Origin: Escherichia coli | Lineage (GTDB): Bacteria; Pseudomonadota; Gammaproteobacteria; Enterobacterales; Enterobacteriaceae | Length of the DNA: 64,000 nt | Reading direction: 5' to 3' (one strand) | NCBI RefSeq assembly: GCF_003334765.1 | Contig: NZ_QOWT01000018.1 | Part shown: piece by piece, positions 20,148 through 32,439 of the stretch | Layout: each line of letters opens with the position of its first letter | Position numbering within the stretch: the first letter of the stretch is position 1 | Position numbers and translations under genes: made by a program | Notes under the pieces: generated by a model | What the model was told of the DNA's origin: nothing | Databases searched by the model: none | The model's input: the letters and a program-made list of their open reading frames with translations, nothing else

Positions 20148-21082
20148 GAATCCTCCTCCTGATGGAGACGTACAGAGGCGACTTCTGCCAGCACGGAGAG
20201 TGCCAGAGTATGCGCATCCCGGGCTTTGGGGAATATCCCGACGGGTGCCCGGATTTGCGTTGTTTCCTCCCTGGACCATCCCAGCTCGTGGAGCTTTTGC
20301 AGACGTAACGTGTGGGTTCGATAGCTGCCCAATGCGCCGAGATAAAAGGGTTTTGCTTCTCGCGCGGCCTGCAACACTGGCAGCTCCCGGTTGAGATCAT
20401 GGCACAGCAAAATGACCGCCGTATCGGTATCGATCTGAGCGCTGGCTGAGGCCGGAAAAAGATCGAAGATATGGCTGTCATAGCCTGTGGCTGCTGCAAG
20501 ACTCGCGGTTGCCTGCGCCTCAAGAGAACGTCCGTAAATCATCAGCCTGACGCATGGCCTGAACCCCACCTCAAAGCCATTGAGATTCCAGCCCGTCCGG
20601 GTTTGCGTGGGCAGGCACACCAGCGATTGTGCTTGCGGATCGTAGCGCAGCCCCACCGGTTTTCTCTGTTCCAGGCGGTTCAGCACGGCGAGCAGAGGCT
20701 GTGCCGAGCGTAGTTTATGGAGCGTCAGCGTGATCCCACCGCCGCAGGGCAGAACGATGTCAAACCACGGCGAACCTTCGCCATAGCGAATTTCGCGATC
20801 GCGGCCTGAGCCCATCATCTCCAGCGCTTCAAAAGCGGCAGCGGCCTCCACGCAGCCGCCAGAGACAAAACCGCAGTAACGACCATCTTCGCGCACCACC
20901 ATCTGCGCCCCGAGCGGGCGCGCCGCGCCGCCGCGTATCTCCACCAGCGTCACCAGCACCGCTCCTTTACCGGACATTAGCGCCTCTACGGCGAAGCGCA
21001 GAATGGTCCGGTGGTCATCGGTGAGAAACGCCTGCTCTGGCTTATGCCAGTGTTCGTCTTTGTCAAAAAGCGGGTATGACAT
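20126..21082 (-). CDS. paoD: XdhC-family molybdenum-cofactor insertion chaperone for PaoABC
   Basis: 318-aa ORF MSYPLFDKDEHWHKPEQAFLTDDHRTILRFAVEAL... Recognised as YagQ/PaoD. Confidence 0.93.
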   Translation of the reverse strand: MSYPLFDKDEHWHKPEQAFLTDDHRTILRFAVEALMSGKGAVLVTLVEIRGGAARPLGAQMVVREDGRYCGFVSGGCVEAAAAFEALEMMGSGRDREIRYGEGSPWFDIVLPCGGGITLTLHKLRSAQPLLAVLNRLEQRKPVGLRYDPQAQSLVCLPTQTRTGWNLNGFEVGFRPCVRLMIYGRSLEAQATASLAAATGYDSHIFDLFPASASAQIDTDTAVILLCHDLNRELPVLQAAREAKPFYLGALGSYRTHTLRLQKLHELGWSREETTQIRAPVGIFPKARDAHTLALSVLAEVASVRLHQEEDSCLPPSS

Positions 21083-21091
21083 TGTTCCTCC

Positions 21092-23290
21092 TTAAACCAC
21101 ATCCGGCAGCTTATCGAGCAGCTTATCCAGAGTGATGGGATAATCCCGTACCCGAATACCGGTGGCGTTATACACCGCGTTGGCGATAGCCGCGCTCACG
21201 CCGCACAGGCCCAGCTCACCGACACCTTTGGCCTTCATCGGGGAGGATATGGGGTCGGTATCATCCAGGAAAATCACCTCCTGTTTTGGGATATCCGCAT
21301 GAACCGGCACCTCATACCCCGCCATATCGTGATTAACGAAGTAGCCCAAACGGTCATCCACCGCCAGCTCCTCCATCAGTGCCGCGCCCATGCCCATAGT
21401 CATTGCGCCAATGACCTGGCTGCGCGCAGTTTTCGGATTCAGGATGCGTCCTGCAGCACACACAGCGAGCATACGCCGGACCCGAACTTCTCCCGTCGCG
21501 CTATGCACGCCGACCTCCACAAAATGCCCGGCAAAGGTCGACTGCTGGTACTCTTTGCTCAGTGTTCCGAATTCAATGCTCTCTTCCGCTGTCAGTCTGC
21601 CGCCTGCGGTGGCTTCATGTAGCGTGGCGCTTCGGGTACCGTTGGTAATCTTGCCGTCGGCAAACTGCGACTGCTCAGGATCAAACCCGACTGCCGAGGC
21701 AATCATTTCGCGAAGCTTCATACAGGCGGCGTAAACGCCGGAGGTGGAGGTATTCGCGCCCCATTGTCCACCAGAACCCGCAGAAACCGGGAAACTGGAA
21801 TCGCCGAGGTGAACCGCAACCTGCTCCAGCGGTACGCCAAGCATTTCCGCTGCCGTCTGGGCCAGAATGGTGTAGCTGCCGGTGCCAATGTCGGTCATGT
21901 CCGTTTCTACGGTAACGGTGCCGTTTTGTTCGAGGTGAACCCGAGCACCCGATTTTTCCAGCAGATTATTGCGAAAGCCCGCCGCAACACCGTGGCCGAC
22001 TAGCCACTCCCCGTCGCGCACCTGTCCGGGTGTGGCGTTGCGCTGCTTCCAGCCAAATTTATCCGCTCCGGTGCGCAAGCACTCGATAAGCTGACGGCGA
22101 GAGAAGCAGCGCGTCGGGTCGGCGGGGTCAACCTGAGTGTCATTCAGGATGCGAAACTCGACGGGATCGATGCCCGCTTTTTCCGCCAGTTCGTCGATCG
22201 CGATTTCGAGCGCCATCAGACCGGGGGCTTCGCCGGGCGCACGCATGGCGTTCCCTTCCGGCAAATCAAGCGTGGCGAGCCGCAGGCCGGTATGACGATT
22301 CGCCCCGGCGTAGAGTAATTCGCTTTGCTGTACCGCCGTTTCCGGCGTGCCGCCGGGCAGGTTTCCAGACCAGCTTTCATGTGAGATAGCGGTGATTTTC
22401 CCGCTCTGGTCGGCACCGATACGCAAGTGCTGAAGGGTGGCGGGGCGGTGCGTGGTGTTATTGGGAATAGAGGGGCGGGGGAGCATCACTTTAACCGGAC
22501 GTTTCACCGCTCGGGCGGCGAGGGCCGCCAGCAGCGCATCGCTTCTCAGGAACAGCTTGCCGCCAAACCCTCCGCCGATATACGGGGAGATAATACGCAC
22601 ATTCTCCACGGGAACTTTCAGCGTTTTTGCCAGATCGGTGCGGCACCAGTCAATCATCTGATTTGAGGTCCAGAGGGTAAGCTTATTTCCATCCCAGACG
22701 GCCATCGAGGCATGCGGCTCCATCGCCATATGGCTCTGGTCCGGGGTCGTGTAGGTAGCATCAATCTTCACCGCAGCGGAGGTGAAAGCCCCGTCAAAGT
22801 CACCGACGTTTTTGTCGGGCGTGTCTTCCGGCGGCTGATTGACGGCCTGTTTTTCGTCCGCCAGGGAGTAAGCTCCTTTATTACGGCGATAGTGTGCCTG
22901 CACCAGCGAGGCCGCCGCTCGCGCCTGTTCGAAGGTCTCGGCCACTACCAGCGCAATGGCCTGATGATAGTGCTCAATAGTGGGGCCGCCTAACAGCCTG
23001 GCGGTGTTTTTGTCGCCTTTGCCGAGTGCCCCGGCGTTACTGGCGGTAATGACAGCCAGTACGCCCGGCGCTTTTTGCGCGGCGTCCGTATCAAGGGCGG
23101 TGAGGCGTCCTTTGGCAATGGCGGAACCGACGATATAGCCATAGGCGGCGTTGGGGGCTTCTTCATGCCATTCGTAGGCGTAGCGTGCCGTGCCGGTAGT
23201 TTTCAGCGGTCCGTCGATGCGGTCATGGGGACGACCGACAACCTTCAGCTGATCGATCGGGTTTTCCCCTGCGGGTTTATCAAATTTCAT
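21092..23290 (-). CDS. paoC: periplasmic aldehyde oxidoreductase, molybdopterin-binding large subunit
   Basis: 732-aa [44 protein letters not shown]... of the xanthine-dehydrogenase family. Recognised as YagR/PaoC. Confidence 0.95.
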   Translation of the reverse strand: MKFDKPAGENPIDQLKVVGRPHDRIDGPLKTTGTARYAYEWHEEAPNAAYGYIVGSAIAKGRLTALDTDAAQKAPGVLAVITASNAGALGKGDKNTARLLGGPTIEHYHQAIALVVAETFEQARAAASLVQAHYRRNKGAYSLADEKQAVNQPPEDTPDKNVGDFDGAFTSAAVKIDATYTTPDQSHMAMEPHASMAVWDGNKLTLWTSNQMIDWCRTDLAKTLKVPVENVRIISPYIGGGFGGKLFLRSDALLAALAARAVKRPVKVMLPRPSIPNNTTHRPATLQHLRIGADQSGKITAISHESWSGNLPGGTPETAVQQSELLYAGANRHTGLRLATLDLPEGNAMRAPGEAPGLMALEIAIDELAEKAGIDPVEFRILNDTQVDPADPTRCFSRRQLIECLRTGADKFGWKQRNATPGQVRDGEWLVGHGVAAGFRNNLLEKSGARVHLEQNGTVTVETDMTDIGTGSYTILAQTAAEMLGVPLEQVAVHLGDSSFPVSAGSGGQWGANTSTSGVYAACMKLREMIASAVGFDPEQSQFADGKITNGTRSATLHEATAGGRLTAEESIEFGTLSKEYQQSTFAGHFVEVGVHSATGEVRVRRMLAVCAAGRILNPKTARSQVIGAMTMGMGAALMEELAVDDRLGYFVNHDMAGYEVPVHADIPKQEVIFLDDTDPISSPMKAKGVGELGLCGVSAAIANAVYNATGIRVRDYPITLDKLLDKLPDVV

Positions 23291-24243
23291 GCCTGTGCCC
23301 TCGCTTCAGCCAGTACGGAGGCAAGCGTTCGCTTCGCCAACAGGAGTTTAAAGGTGTTTTCAGCGGTGGGATGGGCGCTGGCGAACAGCGTGTCATATAC
23401 GGCCTGCGCCCCCTGGGATAGCTGAGCATCCGCAGCCTCAATGCGCCAGGGCTTATGTGCTACTCCGCCCAGCGCGACGCGCCCGCTGCCGTCAGGCTGA
23501 ATAATCGCCGCGACCGATACCAGGGCAAAGGCGTAGGAGGCGCGATCGCGCACCTTACGGTAGATATGTTTTCCGCCGAGCGGTGGAGGTAACGTCACCG
23601 CAACGATAAGCTCACCGGGAAGCAGGGCGGTTTCAATGTGCGGCGTTTTTCCCGGAGGGTGATAAAAATCAGCCAGTGTGATACTGCGAGTCTTTCCCTC
23701 CGGCGTGATGGTTTCCACCACCGCATCCAGCAACCGCATTGCGACCGCCATATCGCTCGGATGGGTGGCAATGCAGGCTTCGCTTACGCCTACCACCGCG
23801 TGCTGACGGCTAAAGCCTTCAAGCGCCGCGCAGCCGCTCCCGGGCAGGCGCTTATTGCAGGGCTGATTGGTGTCGTAAAAATAGGGGCAGCGCGTGCGCT
23901 GGAGCAGATTACCTGCGGTGGTTGCCTGATTACGTAACTGACCAGACGCGCCAGCGAGCAGGGCGCGGGAGAGTACCGCGTAATCACGACGCACGCGCTC
24001 GTGAGCCGCCAGGTCGGTGTTCCGTACCAGTGCGCCGATGCGCAGCCCACCCGCGTCGGTCACTTCAATCTTATCGAGCCCGAGGCCGTTCACATCGATA
24101 AGGTGGGTGGGCGTTTCAATTTCCAGCTTCATCAGGTCCAGCAGATTGGTCCCGCCCGCGATAAATTTTGCGCCGGGTACGCGCTGAGCGCTAAGTGCCG
24201 CCTCGGCTGGGGTATTCACTCGTTCATAGGTAAACGCCTTCAT
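23287..24243 (-). CDS. paoB: aldehyde oxidoreductase FAD-binding subunit
   Basis: 318-aa [42 protein letters not shown]... with 4-nt overlaps to both paoC and paoA. Confidence 0.95.
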   Translation of the reverse strand: MKAFTYERVNTPAEAALSAQRVPGAKFIAGGTNLLDLMKLEIETPTHLIDVNGLGLDKIEVTDAGGLRIGALVRNTDLAAHERVRRDYAVLSRALLAGASGQLRNQATTAGNLLQRTRCPYFYDTNQPCNKRLPGSGCAALEGFSRQHAVVGVSEACIATHPSDMAVAMRLLDAVVETITPEGKTRSITLADFYHPPGKTPHIETALLPGELIVAVTLPPPLGGKHIYRKVRDRASYAFALVSVAAIIQPDGSGRVALGGVAHKPWRIEAADAQLSQGAQAVYDTLFASAHPTAENTFKLLLAKRTLASVLAEARAQA

Positions 24244-24929
24244 GATTTTATCTCCCCCGCAGCATCTTCAATGGCGGCAAGGATGTTAGCGTATGCACCA
24301 CAGCGACAGATGTTGCCGCTCATACGTTCACGGATCTCATCGGCAGTTGTTTCTGGAGCGGAAACCAAATCGACCGTGACGTGACTGGGAATGCCGTCCT
24401 GAATCTCTTTTAGCACCGCTACTGATGAGCAAATTTGCCCGGAGGTGCAGTAGCCGCACTGGAAGCCATCATGCTTGATAAAGGCCGCCTGCATGGGGTG
24501 AAGATTATCTGGCGAACCCAGGCCTTCAATGGTGGTGATCTCGGCCCCCTGATGCATGACTGCAAGCGTCAGGCAGGCATTAAGCCTGCGACCATTGACC
24601 AGCACGGTACAGGCTCCGCACTGTCCGTGATCGCAACCTTTCTTGGTACCGATCAAATGCAGATTTTCACGCAAAGTGTCCAGTAGCGTGGTTCGGGTAT
24701 CCACCTCAAGCTGCTCGGTTTTGCCGTTCACCTTCAGTGTCAGGGGCATTATCTCTGGCGCGGGTGTAGCTGCCGGAACGCTTGCCGCCAGCGTAGAATG
24801 AGGATAAACCACGGCGGTCGCCGCTGTTGCGGCGCTCACTTTAATCAGATCGCGACGGGTCAAACTTAAATCGTGCGGCTCGTGCTTCCCAACCCGATTA
24901 TCTTCGGGGTATTCGCCTTGGTTGCTCAT
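24240..24929 (-). CDS. paoA: aldehyde oxidoreductase 2x[2Fe-2S] subunit with a Tat signal peptide
   Basis: 229-aa ORF with twin-arginine motif [20 protein letters not shown] and Cys clusters [11 protein letters not shown] and CGYCTSGQ...CRCG. Confidence 0.95.
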   Translation of the reverse strand: MSNQGEYPEDNRVGKHEPHDLSLTRRDLIKVSAATAATAVVYPHSTLAASVPAATPAPEIMPLTLKVNGKTEQLEVDTRTTLLDTLRENLHLIGTKKGCDHGQCGACTVLVNGRRLNACLTLAVMHQGAEITTIEGLGSPDNLHPMQAAFIKHDGFQCGYCTSGQICSSVAVLKEIQDGIPSHVTVDLVSAPETTADEIRERMSGNICRCGAYANILAAIEDAAGEIKS

Positions 24930-25346
24930 ACCAGGCCTCCGGTATTCTAAAGGGGAAAATAAGAGTGCGTTGCGAGAGTGCTGATGCTTTTTTAAACGTT
25001 AAGCATAGTCGGCGACAGCAGGAGGATTATTCTTAAAACGCGAATGCAGCTATGAGCCCGGCTAATAAATTCATGTTCGCCGGGATGTTGATGATGATGG
25101 GAGCTGGTTTATTGCTTTAGTTGTACGATGCAAAAACCAATAAGGAAACCTGTGATTTTCAGCTCTACATCACCCTGCAAATCTCTGTCACTTCTAATAT
25201 AAAAATAGGGAGAAATGATGGAGCTTATATTCATTGGCGATTAGGAAACTATCTTGTTATACAAAACAATACAGTTCTTTACATTTGCCTTGTTTTATGA
25301 ATACTCCTGAAGAGGTGTATAACATAATGGTACAAGCAGGGTAGAT

Positions 25347-25961
25347 ATGAATATATTTGAACAAACTCCACCGAACCGCAGACGTTATGGTCTTGCTGCA
25401 TTCATTGGGCTGATTGCTGGCGTTGTTTCCGCATTCGTGAAGTGGGGGGCTGAAGTTCCATTGCCGCCACGTAGCCCGGTGGATATGTTTAATGCAGCGT
25501 GTGGCCCGGAATCATTAATCAGGGCTGCAGGCCAAATTGATTGCTCGCGTAATTTTCTCAATCCACCGTATATTTTTCTTCGAGACTGGTTGGGGCTGAC
25601 AGATCCCAATGCGGCTGTTTATACCTTTGCCGGGCATGTCTTTAACTGGGTTGGTGTTACGCACATTATCTTTTCGATAGTGTTTGCTGTCGGTTATTGT
25701 GTGGTCGCTGAAGTATTTCCAAAAATTAAACTCTGGCAGGGCTTACTGGCAGGTGCTTTAGCCCAACTTTTTGTTCATATGATTTCATTCCCTCTCATGG
25801 GACTGACGCCACCTCTGTTTGATCTCCCGTGGTATGAGAATGTTTCTGAAATTTTTGGACATTTAGTCTGGTTCTGGTCTATTGAAATTATTCGCAGAGA
25901 TTTACGAAACAGAATTACTCATGAGCCAGACCCTGAGATCCCTTTAGGCTCAAACAGATAA
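25347..25961 (+). CDS. yagU: DUF1440-family inner-membrane protein
   Basis: 204-aa [37 protein letters not shown]... with several hydrophobic helices. Recognised as YagU. Confidence 0.9.
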
Positions 25962-25975
25962 TGCATTGAATGATA

Positions 25976-26003
25976 AAAATGGCGCAAATACAGCGCCATT
26001 TTT
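25976..26003. terminator. bidirectional rho-independent terminator after yagU
   Basis: aaaatggcgc-aaataca-gcgccatttt forms a perfect stem with an A-tract on one side and a T-tract on the other. Confidence 0.7.
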
Positions 26004-26149
26004 ATAGGTTAAAAACATTGCTTTTTATATTCTGATGCAGATAGTCAGTGAGTATATCGCGCTACTTCAGGATGATGTAGATCCGAAGAACGCTACAGAA
26101 GAGAGGCATTGTTGCTGGCAAATAGAAGAAGTATCGGGTTTTGTTACCC

Positions 26150-26186
26150 CTGAAAAACGAAGCCCCGCTATTATCGCTGGCGGGGC
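26150..26186 (-). terminator. putative terminator of ykgJ
   Basis: The hairpin gccccgc...gcggggc is followed on the minus strand by ttcgttttt. Confidence 0.6.
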
Positions 26187-26208
26187 AGTGCAATTAATTA
26201 TTGTATGT

Positions 26209-26538
26209 TTATAACGGTGTCAGCCCGTATTTAGCCCTTGCACGATTGCAAGCCTCATTGACGACTCCGTTCTCACCAGACATGGCGAATTCTCTGCATG
26301 TGGACGATCGATTTTTATATATCGTGCAGCAGGCATTTTTGCCCGGGGTTCCTGCAAGGGCAATACATCGGGGGTTTTTCTGATTGGTACCGCTCATGCA
26401 TCGGTGAAAAGGGGATATTTGTTCAGTGAGCCTGGCGGGAATAGTACCGCCAGCATCGTCGGCTTCGGCCCAGTAAAAAGAGACGCGGAAAAATGCACAA
26501 CAGGCACCACACGTCATGCATGGATTCAGATTGCTCAT
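26209..26538 (-). CDS. ykgJ: YkgJ-family Cys-cluster (CxxCxxCC) protein of unknown function
   Basis: 109-aa [26 protein letters not shown]...[27 protein letters not shown]. Confidence 0.88.
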
Positions 26539-26850
26539 AATTCACCAGTACAGCTAAAAATCGTAAAGAGAACAGCGGTACATCGTATGTAAGAACGTAC
26601 CGCGGTTGGCTGGGGAACTTTCGATAGTGTGAGTATTGAATGATTTCCAGCCGTTACCGATTTTACGTACTAATTCGTGATTAAACCACTCGTTAGCAGG
26701 CTGCCTGATACCTTTCCGTGTCTCCTGAACACTATGGTGTGCATATGAGAAAGCCCATCGTTACAGGTGATATTGACGATCGCTTCCACATCATTTAAAC
26801 GATTTTTGGGGCTCTGAGGTGGAATTCTTCCCTCGACCGATGGATAAGTC

Positions 26851-27561
26851 TTAGTCCGCCGAAGGGGGCTTAGCCGGACAGGAATCGCTAATCTTAATGA
26901 ATTTGTCGTTATAGACCAGATAGTGATTCCCCGGCTGACGTAACTCAGGCTGATGAACCACGTCTCCCGGACGTAGATACCAGGCATCGCCTTCCTCTTC
27001 GGTCGAATCACATCCTGGCTTAATCAGTAGCTTAAACCATGTGTTGCCAGTGTTACTTACCGTTCCTGTCACCTTGTCGAAGGACCATTTAAACTGAACC
27101 TGACGTGGTCGTACTACCAGAATGGTATCCATCACCACCACCGGCTCCGTGCTGACCACGCCGCCGGTTGGGCTGCGTCTTGTATGGTTACGAGTGGGGA
27201 CCTCGCGAAATGAGACCCGGTAGTAGCGCTCGCGGTTATCCCGTGGACCATGATAGTAAAATTTAAAATACTCGCTCTCACCAGCCTGCAACGCCAGCTG
27301 GCGGGGGGCGAAAAGCAGTTCAACATCCACCGGTCGGGTGCGCAATTCACTGCTGCCCGGGCTATCAATAGCACTGATGGCAATACGGTATATCCGTGCG
27401 CTTTTGTTGTTATTCACTACACGTTTGCTGACAAAGTCAGTCTCGGACGGCAGCGAAAATGTCAGATTGCCGACCGAAATCGCCTGTGTCAAAGGTGCCG
27501 CCAGCATACAGACCGCTGTCAGCAGGGCCTTAGTTAATGTTACGCCACGTCGCCTGAACAT
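26851..27561 (-). CDS. ecpE: E. coli common pilus periplasmic chaperone EcpE
   Basis: Within ORF 26851..27606, the start at 27561 gives [27 protein letters not shown]... (236 aa). It overlaps the ecpD 3' end by 32 nt. Confidence 0.9.
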   Translation of the reverse strand: MFRRRGVTLTKALLTAVCMLAAPLTQAISVGNLTFSLPSETDFVSKRVVNNNKSARIYRIAISAIDSPGSSELRTRPVDVELLFAPRQLALQAGESEYFKFYYHGPRDNRERYYRVSFREVPTRNHTRRSPTGGVVSTEPVVVMDTILVVRPRQVQFKWSFDKVTGTVSNTGNTWFKLLIKPGCDSTEEEGDAWYLRPGDVVHQPELRQPGNHYLVYNDKFIKISDSCPAKPPSAD

Positions 27562-29173
27562 GAATCTCTCCTGAAGCGCTGACTTCGCCAAACCAGCCGT
27601 TATCATCTACCGTACGCAGCGAAATGGCGTTATCCATTGGAATCGAAAATTTGACTGTGGTCTTATCCATCTGCCCCACTTCGCCAGAGATATCAGTCCA
27701 CGGTGTGGTCAACCACAGCGCATCGGTCATATCCCGCCAGCTATCATCGCACCCGGCATCGTAGGTTTTTGTAGCTCCGTTGCGGGTAATAAAGGAAAGT
27801 GTCGCCGGGAACGGTACTTTCGCCTTACCGTCATCGGAGCTGAAGACACAATAGGAGCGCCCGCCAATCACCTGCGCGGGTCCGGTCACCTTGATCAGCA
27901 CTTCGTCGGCAGCTGTTTTACCGCTGGTGGTTACGATATAGCCGAAATCGAGTGCCGACTCGCCGCTGCCAACATATCCCTCCCGCGACGGTGTCTGAGT
28001 ATATTCATCGGAGATAATACTGATGCTGAAATCACGGGGTTTGATAATCAGCGTGTTGGAGGTAGAAAATTCATACTAGCCAGACTCCGGTGATGTGGTG
28101 TTCTGAAAGCGAAAGTTGAATAGATCTTTGGTGTTGATATCGCTGATCCCGAGGTTCACCATCTGCTTAAAGAAGTTGCTCGAGAAGAAAACATAGATCG
28201 AGTCTGCGCTCTTCATCTCGTTGAAGGTGTAGTAATAGGCGGTATTGCTCACCGGTTTCCATGAACTGCCATTCAGACTGAACTGCATATCGTACGCCCC
28301 GACGGCCGAGGCTAACGACGAGTTGGCGATCGCCGGGAATATATGGATTGAGGTGTTGCTGAGTCCGTTTGTTTGCAGGGTATAGTTAACCATCTTACAA
28401 CTTAATCCTGAACGGCTGCCGATGGTTTGCGTCCGGCAGTCGGCGTTCCCTTCGCCCAGAGTCGGTACTCCGTCGCTGTTGATAAATACTTCCGCCAGCG
28501 AGTGGGTATTTATCAACCGTAGATTTGCTGCTTTCGTATGGGTGACGTTGCGAACATACCAGTTGCCGGAGGCCTGATCCTTACAGCGTGCGCCGCTGCT
28601 GGCGTCATAGTTCACAGAGGTCTGGCAGGCATTGATGGTTATTGTAAAGCTGCTGCCGACGGGCATTTGTTGCATATACTGGTAAAACGCGTCTGACAAC
28701 ATGCCGTGCATCCACTTCGCGCCGCCGCTGGTCACCGTCGCGCCATAAAATCCACTGGCGTCGGTGGTTTGCGGCAGGATAAGACTGGTGGTCATATTAC
28801 ACCCAGCGTACCAGTTGATGCAGCGCAAGCCAGTTAAAGGAGATGAAACTGGTGAATTTTCCAGCCACATATCAAACTTCCAGTTGGTATAAAGGCCGGT
28901 GTTGTAACCGTTATCAATGTAGCCGAGGCTTTGCTGATAGATGGTTCCTGAACCAGTGTATTTTAAACCGGTCCAGCGGTTGGCACCGGTCAGGCGCGGA
29001 TCCAGCGCCCCGCCAGGAGTGACGAAAAAGTTGTCGTCTGAGTTGTTTTCGACAAACACAAACTCGCGTGCCGGTGCATCCGCCCAGGTTGTTTTGCTCA
29101 CTGCCGCTCTGAGCGCAGTTACTGGCCAGATTAGCGCGAAAATTATCATCGTTATTAGTAGGTTAACTCTCAT
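27530..29173 (-). pseudogene. ecpD: ECP tip adhesin/minor fibre subunit EcpD, interrupted by an in-frame amber codon
   Basis: ORFs 28076..29173 (365 aa) and 27530..27901 are in the same frame. The frame is open from 29173 to 27533 except for a TAG at 28076-28078 (codon 366: ...TTSPESG*YEFSTSNTLIIKPRDF...). The total of 548 codons matches the 547-aa EcpD I remember. Confidence 0.85.
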
Positions 29174-31688
29174 TCTCTTCTCCTGTCTGCGTCACCGCCG
29201 CCCACGATGAGAGGCCGCTGCAGACCACATCACCGACCCAGACGGCACCGCGCGCCTGGTTGAGTTCCAGAGCCACTTCGCAGGTTTTATTGCCACTGTA
29301 GCGAAAATCGATAGTGGGGTATTTCTTATCCACGTCCATGACAAACTCGCCGTTTTCATCGGTTCGGGTTCGGCCGATATGGTTGTTAATCCGTGCGTTA
29401 GCCAGCAGTGTGCCGTCTTCCGCACGGATACGACCGGAGACGGTAACCATCTGCTTCACCTCTGGCTCAATGACAGCGACATTGCCTGGATAGAGAGTCA
29501 GACGACTTTTGCGGCCGCTGACGATATCGTAACTGTCGAGTGAGTTTTTGCTGTTCTGTAACTCCACCTCATATCTTCCATAGGGAGAGAGCGGGAGATA
29601 GTTACGCTTGCCGTTAAGCGGGAAAATCCGCCCGTTGATTTTGGCGCTGATCTGACCGTCGTCCTCCAGCCCGGTGTTGAATATCACCCCAGCGTTGCCA
29701 TCAGTCCGCCCGCTGGCAGCAATGTTTTTACCCTGCCAGCCGACGCTGCCATTGGCGGTCAAGTTGGTATTGACGTAGCCGTCCGCCGCGCTATTGACGT
29801 TCAGCGTTCCGCTGGCGTAACGAGCGTCGAATTGTGCATACGCCCCGCCGCTGAGGGTTTTGTCATCACCGGTATCGCCGGAGATGGCACGTGACAGATT
29901 GGCACCAACAGTGCGAATGGTTCCTTCATCAAACTGTTTGCGTGCTGACAGGTTTGCCATGGTGTAGCCGTTTTGATGAGTCATCCCTGCGCTAAACCAG
30001 TTGCCCAGTGGTAGCGAGAGATCGAGAGCGATATATTTTCCTGTATTGGCGTTGCTGTCGCCGTTGTTATAGCGCTGAATACCGGCCCGCAGGCCAAGCG
30101 AACCAAAGGTACCGCTGTAGACATTTTGATAGTAATCTGCCGTGTAATAATGGCTGTTGTAACGGCGGTCATCATTGTAGCTGATGCTGAATGTGCCCAG
30201 CTTCGACCACAGTGAGTTCAGGTTGAGTGTGCCGCCGATTGCACGGTTGTCGGCATCGCTACGTCGCAATTGATTGCCAATGCGGGTTTTTTCCTGATTA
30301 ACCCACAGCGAACTAAAGCCTCCCGGTAGAGTGGCGCTGATGCTGCCGATGCTGCTCCATGAGCTGTCACTGGCCAGCATATTTTGCAGGTTAACGTTGA
30401 TCGCCCCCCCAAGCGGCAGCGTCAGACGGGTTTCACCCACCGCCTGATTATCGTATCCATATCCCGTTGCCGCCCAGCTAAGCGTACTCAATGAGCCGGA
30501 GGTCGAGGCACCTGCTAGCCAACTCTCTTTAGCTGGTCGCGTCTTTTTCCCGTTTTCCGACCAGCGATCCATATGAAAGCTACCGCCCCATACCTGCCAC
30601 GCCAGTGGTGCACCGACGCCGCGCCCCCGGCTAAACAGCTTATTGACCCGCTGGGTGCGTTTGCTGATCACGCGACCGTTAACGATCACCTCAACTTCCA
30701 CATCGTAAATCCCGTACGGTAGACCCCGGGTATCCACTTCATGATTGCCCATAGTGAAGTTCTGAACGCTTAGTAGCCGCCCATCACGGGTGAGATGTAC
30801 TTCGCCCGCCGCCGGTAAAAAGGCGATCACTGGCGTGGCTGACTGGCTGCTGTCGAAGATGGTGGAGCTGGCCTGGTTTCCCCAGGAAAGGCCGTAAATC
30901 TTCCCTGCTGAAATGGCGGTCATCGGCCCTAAGGACTGCAAGTTCCAGGTGTCGAGCATTCCACCGGCAAATCGGTGACCGGCAAAATCGCGTTCATACA
31001 TCGCTTTATATAATTCACTGTCCTGTTGACCGCTACCGATCCCGTACAGCGAGCCGTCGAGCACCACATGATGTTCGCGCAGTGCAGTAACGTTATTCAG
31101 CGACAGATAGCTGGATGTGTTGCTCCCGCCGTTACGCAACTGGTTGTTATAGACGCCCAAGTTATAGCTCAGATTACTGCTGAGGGTGTTAACACTGGAC
31201 TGCCCGATGTCTTCGCTACGTGAGCGTAGTACGGTGCCCAGCGCTTCGCGCTTGACCACTAGCTGCAGCAGCAGTTGGCGCAAGCTGAGATCCAGCTGCG
31301 CGTTGTCAGTCAGGGGGATGGTAAGGGCCTCATTGAACGGGGCGTTGGCCAGAGCCATCAGCTGCTGTCGAGTTTGTTCGCTGACACTGGCGTTATCTTC
31401 ACTCTCTTCCAGCTGTATTTTCCGGATGCGTAGCTGTCCATCGTCCAGCCAGATAAAAGCGCTGCCGATTCGCTGATCGTCCTGGCGACCCTGGCTACCG
31501 GCGAGATGAATATAGAGCGGGACGCTCATGCCGTCCTGAAGCGCCTGACTGAAGGCCTGCGGAATAATCACCCCACCTATTTGCTGCGCACTTATGTCAG
31601 CAGCGCTGGCATCGGGCTGAACGAACAAAAAGACCATGCCGAAGGCAAACTGGGCTTTCAGTCCTGGGGAGAACCGTCGTAAAGGCAT
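29163..31688 (-). CDS. ecpC: ECP outer-membrane usher EcpC
   Basis: 841-aa [32 protein letters not shown]... Recognised as YagX/EcpC. It overlaps the ecpD start by 11 nt. Confidence 0.93.
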
Positions 31689-31713
31689 TGTCGTTATCCA
31701 TCTGCACAGCTAT

Positions 31714-32382
31714 CTATTTCACGGGAATGAACTTATCACCCTGCCAAAGTGCAACCCGTCCTTTGTTATCCGCAGTATCCACGCGGGTAAAACGACGCGA
31801 CTTGCCCGGCATCAGGTAGTAATTCTCTTTACACTCCTTACCGTTGGCGGCTTTCAGGCAAGGTCCGTAGGCGAGGATCCGCAGCGTCGCATTTCCTGTA
31901 TTTGTCAGGGAGCCGTTGGCGTACTGAAAGTGGTAGTTCGCCTGACGAGGGGCGACGACCAGAATGGTGCCGATGCGGGCGGAAGCAGTGGCCACAGCGC
32001 TGCGGTTGGCATTATCGCGCTGCGCATCACTGAGGGCCTGATCAAACCAGACAATGCGGTAGTAGCGCTCTTTTTCATCTGCGGGTCCCTTATAGAAGAA
32101 GCGGATCACTTCGCTGGCTTGGGCGGGTAGCAGCAAGCTGGCGGGAGTGAGTAGCAACTCATCCGGCTTGTCCATTGAGATAACCTGCCCGTCGTCAAGC
32201 GGTGAAGAGAGCCGTTCGAGACGGATATTGATAAGGCGACCACTGTCGGTACTGTTTTTGATCGTTTTGCTCAGCGTGCTGCTGTCACTGTTCATAAACG
32301 ATGATATATCGCCGACATCCAGCGCCTGGGCCGGAGATATTCCGGAAAACAGCAGAGCGAGAGGCAGAAGGTGCTTTTTCAT
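31714..32382 (-). CDS. ecpB: ECP periplasmic chaperone EcpB
   Basis: 222-aa [34 protein letters not shown]... Recognised as MatC/EcpB. Confidence 0.93.
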   Translation of the reverse strand: MKKHLLPLALLFSGISPAQALDVGDISSFMNSDSSTLSKTIKNSTDSGRLINIRLERLSSPLDDGQVISMDKPDELLLTPASLLLPAQASEVIRFFYKGPADEKERYYRIVWFDQALSDAQRDNANRSAVATASARIGTILVVAPRQANYHFQYANGSLTNTGNATLRILAYGPCLKAANGKECKENYYLMPGKSRRFTRVDTADNKGRVALWQGDKFIPVK

Positions 32383-32439
32383 AACAATTCCGTCCAGGAA
32401 TAAAGCAGGGGGGCTACCCCTGCTGGTACATCAGAGAGA

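Noticed and set aside
19611-20300. I searched next to thrW for an integrase, att repeats or other prophage remnants.
   Set aside because: None was seen. The tRNA is followed directly by backbone sequence (yagP, paoD).
19659-20523. ORFs 19659..20162 (+, 167 aa) and 20071..20523 (-, 150 aa) around yagP and paoD.
   Set aside because: They overlap the recognisable yagP and paoD frames, either antisense or out of frame, and have proline/arginine-rich nonsense-like translations.
21299-23425. Several plus-strand ORFs of 79-116 aa inside paoC and paoB.
   Set aside because: They are antisense shadow ORFs in GC-rich genes with strong homology on the other strand.
25052-25120. A 22-codon hydrophobic mini-ORF (MSPANKFMFAGMLMMMGAGLLL) in the paoA-yagU intergenic region.
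   Set aside because: It has no convincing Shine-Dalgarno sequence upstream (gcgaatgcagct) and no supporting conservation that I can assess. It could be a small membrane protein, but the evidence is insufficient.
26670-27011. A 113-aa minus-strand ORF spanning the ecpE 3' end and the downstream spacer.
   Set aside because: It is out of frame with ecpE over half its length, and nothing in the translation is recognisable.
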